A program made the position numbers and the translations under genes. 64,000 bases of DNA from Eledone cirrhosa (Eukaryota). The notes under the pieces are model-generated. The model worked only from the letters and a program-made list of their open reading frames with translations, did not search any database and was not told the DNA's origin. Positions 62,743 through 64,000 of the stretch are shown one piece after another. Positions within the stretch are counted from its first letter, which is position 1. The number at the start of each line of letters is the position of its first letter. The DNA lies in contig OZ024750.1 of assembly GCA_964016885.1 (NCBI GenBank), positions 40,672,001 to 40,736,000 on the forward strand. Direction: 5' to 3'.

Positions 62743-64000
62743 GGTTTCTTTATTTGCCACTAGGGCACAAAAGGTAGGGACAGATACAAGGGGGGAAGTT
62801 TACATATAATTAACGAGTACAAAAATATAACAATGAAATAACAACAACAAACGAAGTCCTCAATAGGGAGGGGGCATTAACATGGGTCGCACACACCCCG
62901 GAAAAAATGTGTAACCCTTCTCCTCAGGAGCACAAAGAGTAGGTGCTTCCCTCGTCTCCTCTTTTTCCTCTTCTTTCACCTACAGGCTGATATAGAGAGA
63001 AGACCCATTCACTCTGGCCATTCTCCCTACTTTCACCCACCTTTCATAAAACTTGCTGGGGTAGAGCACCTCTCTCTCCATTCTGATCCTTCTTTTAAAA
63101 TGGTATTTGAAAAAGGGGACCAGTTGTTGGCCGGAGAGAAAGGTGTCTGACCTCAGCCCTTTCAGCCTCGTCCACCATACAACTTCTTTAGCCATGGCTA
63201 CCACACAGAGAAAAACCGCCTCTCCTTCGTTTTTGAAAGGGGGAGGCGGTTTGATCGTGACAATGGACTCGGTGGTCAACCGGATTGGTCCCACCCTCGA
63301 CAGTAGTCGTTGCACATAGCCCCACAGGTCAGCAATGCCTGGGCAGTGTACGAATGCGTGCGCAACGGTTTCGTCATCATGCACGCATCTCGGACAGATC
63401 TTATTCAAAGGATCTCTACCCAGGCTCCCATGCCTGTGGAGCTTGTCTCGAACAGGTAGAGCCCCTCGGTAGCACTGCCAAGCCAGGGACTTTTGGAAGT
63501 TGTCCATCGGTCCAGGGCCAAACGTCCTACCGAACAGACTGGCCAGTTCATCTTCCTCCATGCCTAGAGCTTCTCCGAGAGCATCGTCGCACCTGCTGCA
63601 TACCAACCCTCTATAGAATGTCGAGGTGGAGTCTCCACTGATTGCCGGGTCCGCTTTCCAGAGGGCCGTGAGCGCCTGGGCACATTCAATGTGCCAGTCG
63701 CCCACTTTTCTCGGTCTTTGCTTGACCCAGGATTGCAGCTCGGTGAGCGAGACGAGTCTAGGAAAGGCTCGCCTCACAAACGGGGCCCACACCGGTTGAC
63801 CGGTGAGGAATACCTGGAGGTGCCGTAGCCTTAATGCGTGTTTACGCATCTGTAGCCACGGCATCCCCAGCCCTCCTTTCGAAGGGTGTTGACAGCAGAT
63901 GGATCTCCTCACCAAAGGGGTTCGCTTGTTCCAAAGAAATTGGAACAGCGCGCACTCCATTTTGGCGAGTCTTTTCACTGGGCAAGGCACGACGGTCAAG
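62743..64000 (-). mobile_element. Tx1-like LINE copy 4 (3' part; continues beyond window)
   Basis: Same 3' UTR and ORF2 C-terminus (62980-63999). Confidence 0.92.

Larger units (their letters stand above)
50898..64000 (-). mobile_element. MITE hosting the tandem LINE array
   Basis: TTAA|CCCTTTAGCATTTAAA at 50898, unique tail, about 4 repeat units to 51315, then LINE copies 2-4. Confidence 0.85.

Overview
AT-rich, repeat-dense animal DNA; the SINE and microsatellite complement looks octopus-like (inference). The + strand carries a spliced LETMD1-like gene: 8 in-frame GT-AG coding exons from 7184 to 39362, with the final exon not found in the window. Its introns are packed with SINEs, RTE fragments, MITEs and minisatellites. 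The standout is a young, apparently site-specific Tx1-clade LINE (ORF1 Zn-knuckle; ORF2 APE+RT+CCHC). It appears four times, always at the same nucleotide of a 72-bp tandem repeat inside a TTAA/piggyBac-type MITE. One intact copy is on + (22846-28480). A head-to-tail array of at least three copies is on - (51316 to beyond 64000), separated by an identical 65-bp piece of the target repeat, with no poly(A) tails. A second hidden layer is a set of fold-back elements embedded in (TA)n that encode minimal type I hammerhead ribozymes of Penelope-like type, including a U3-A8 core variant.
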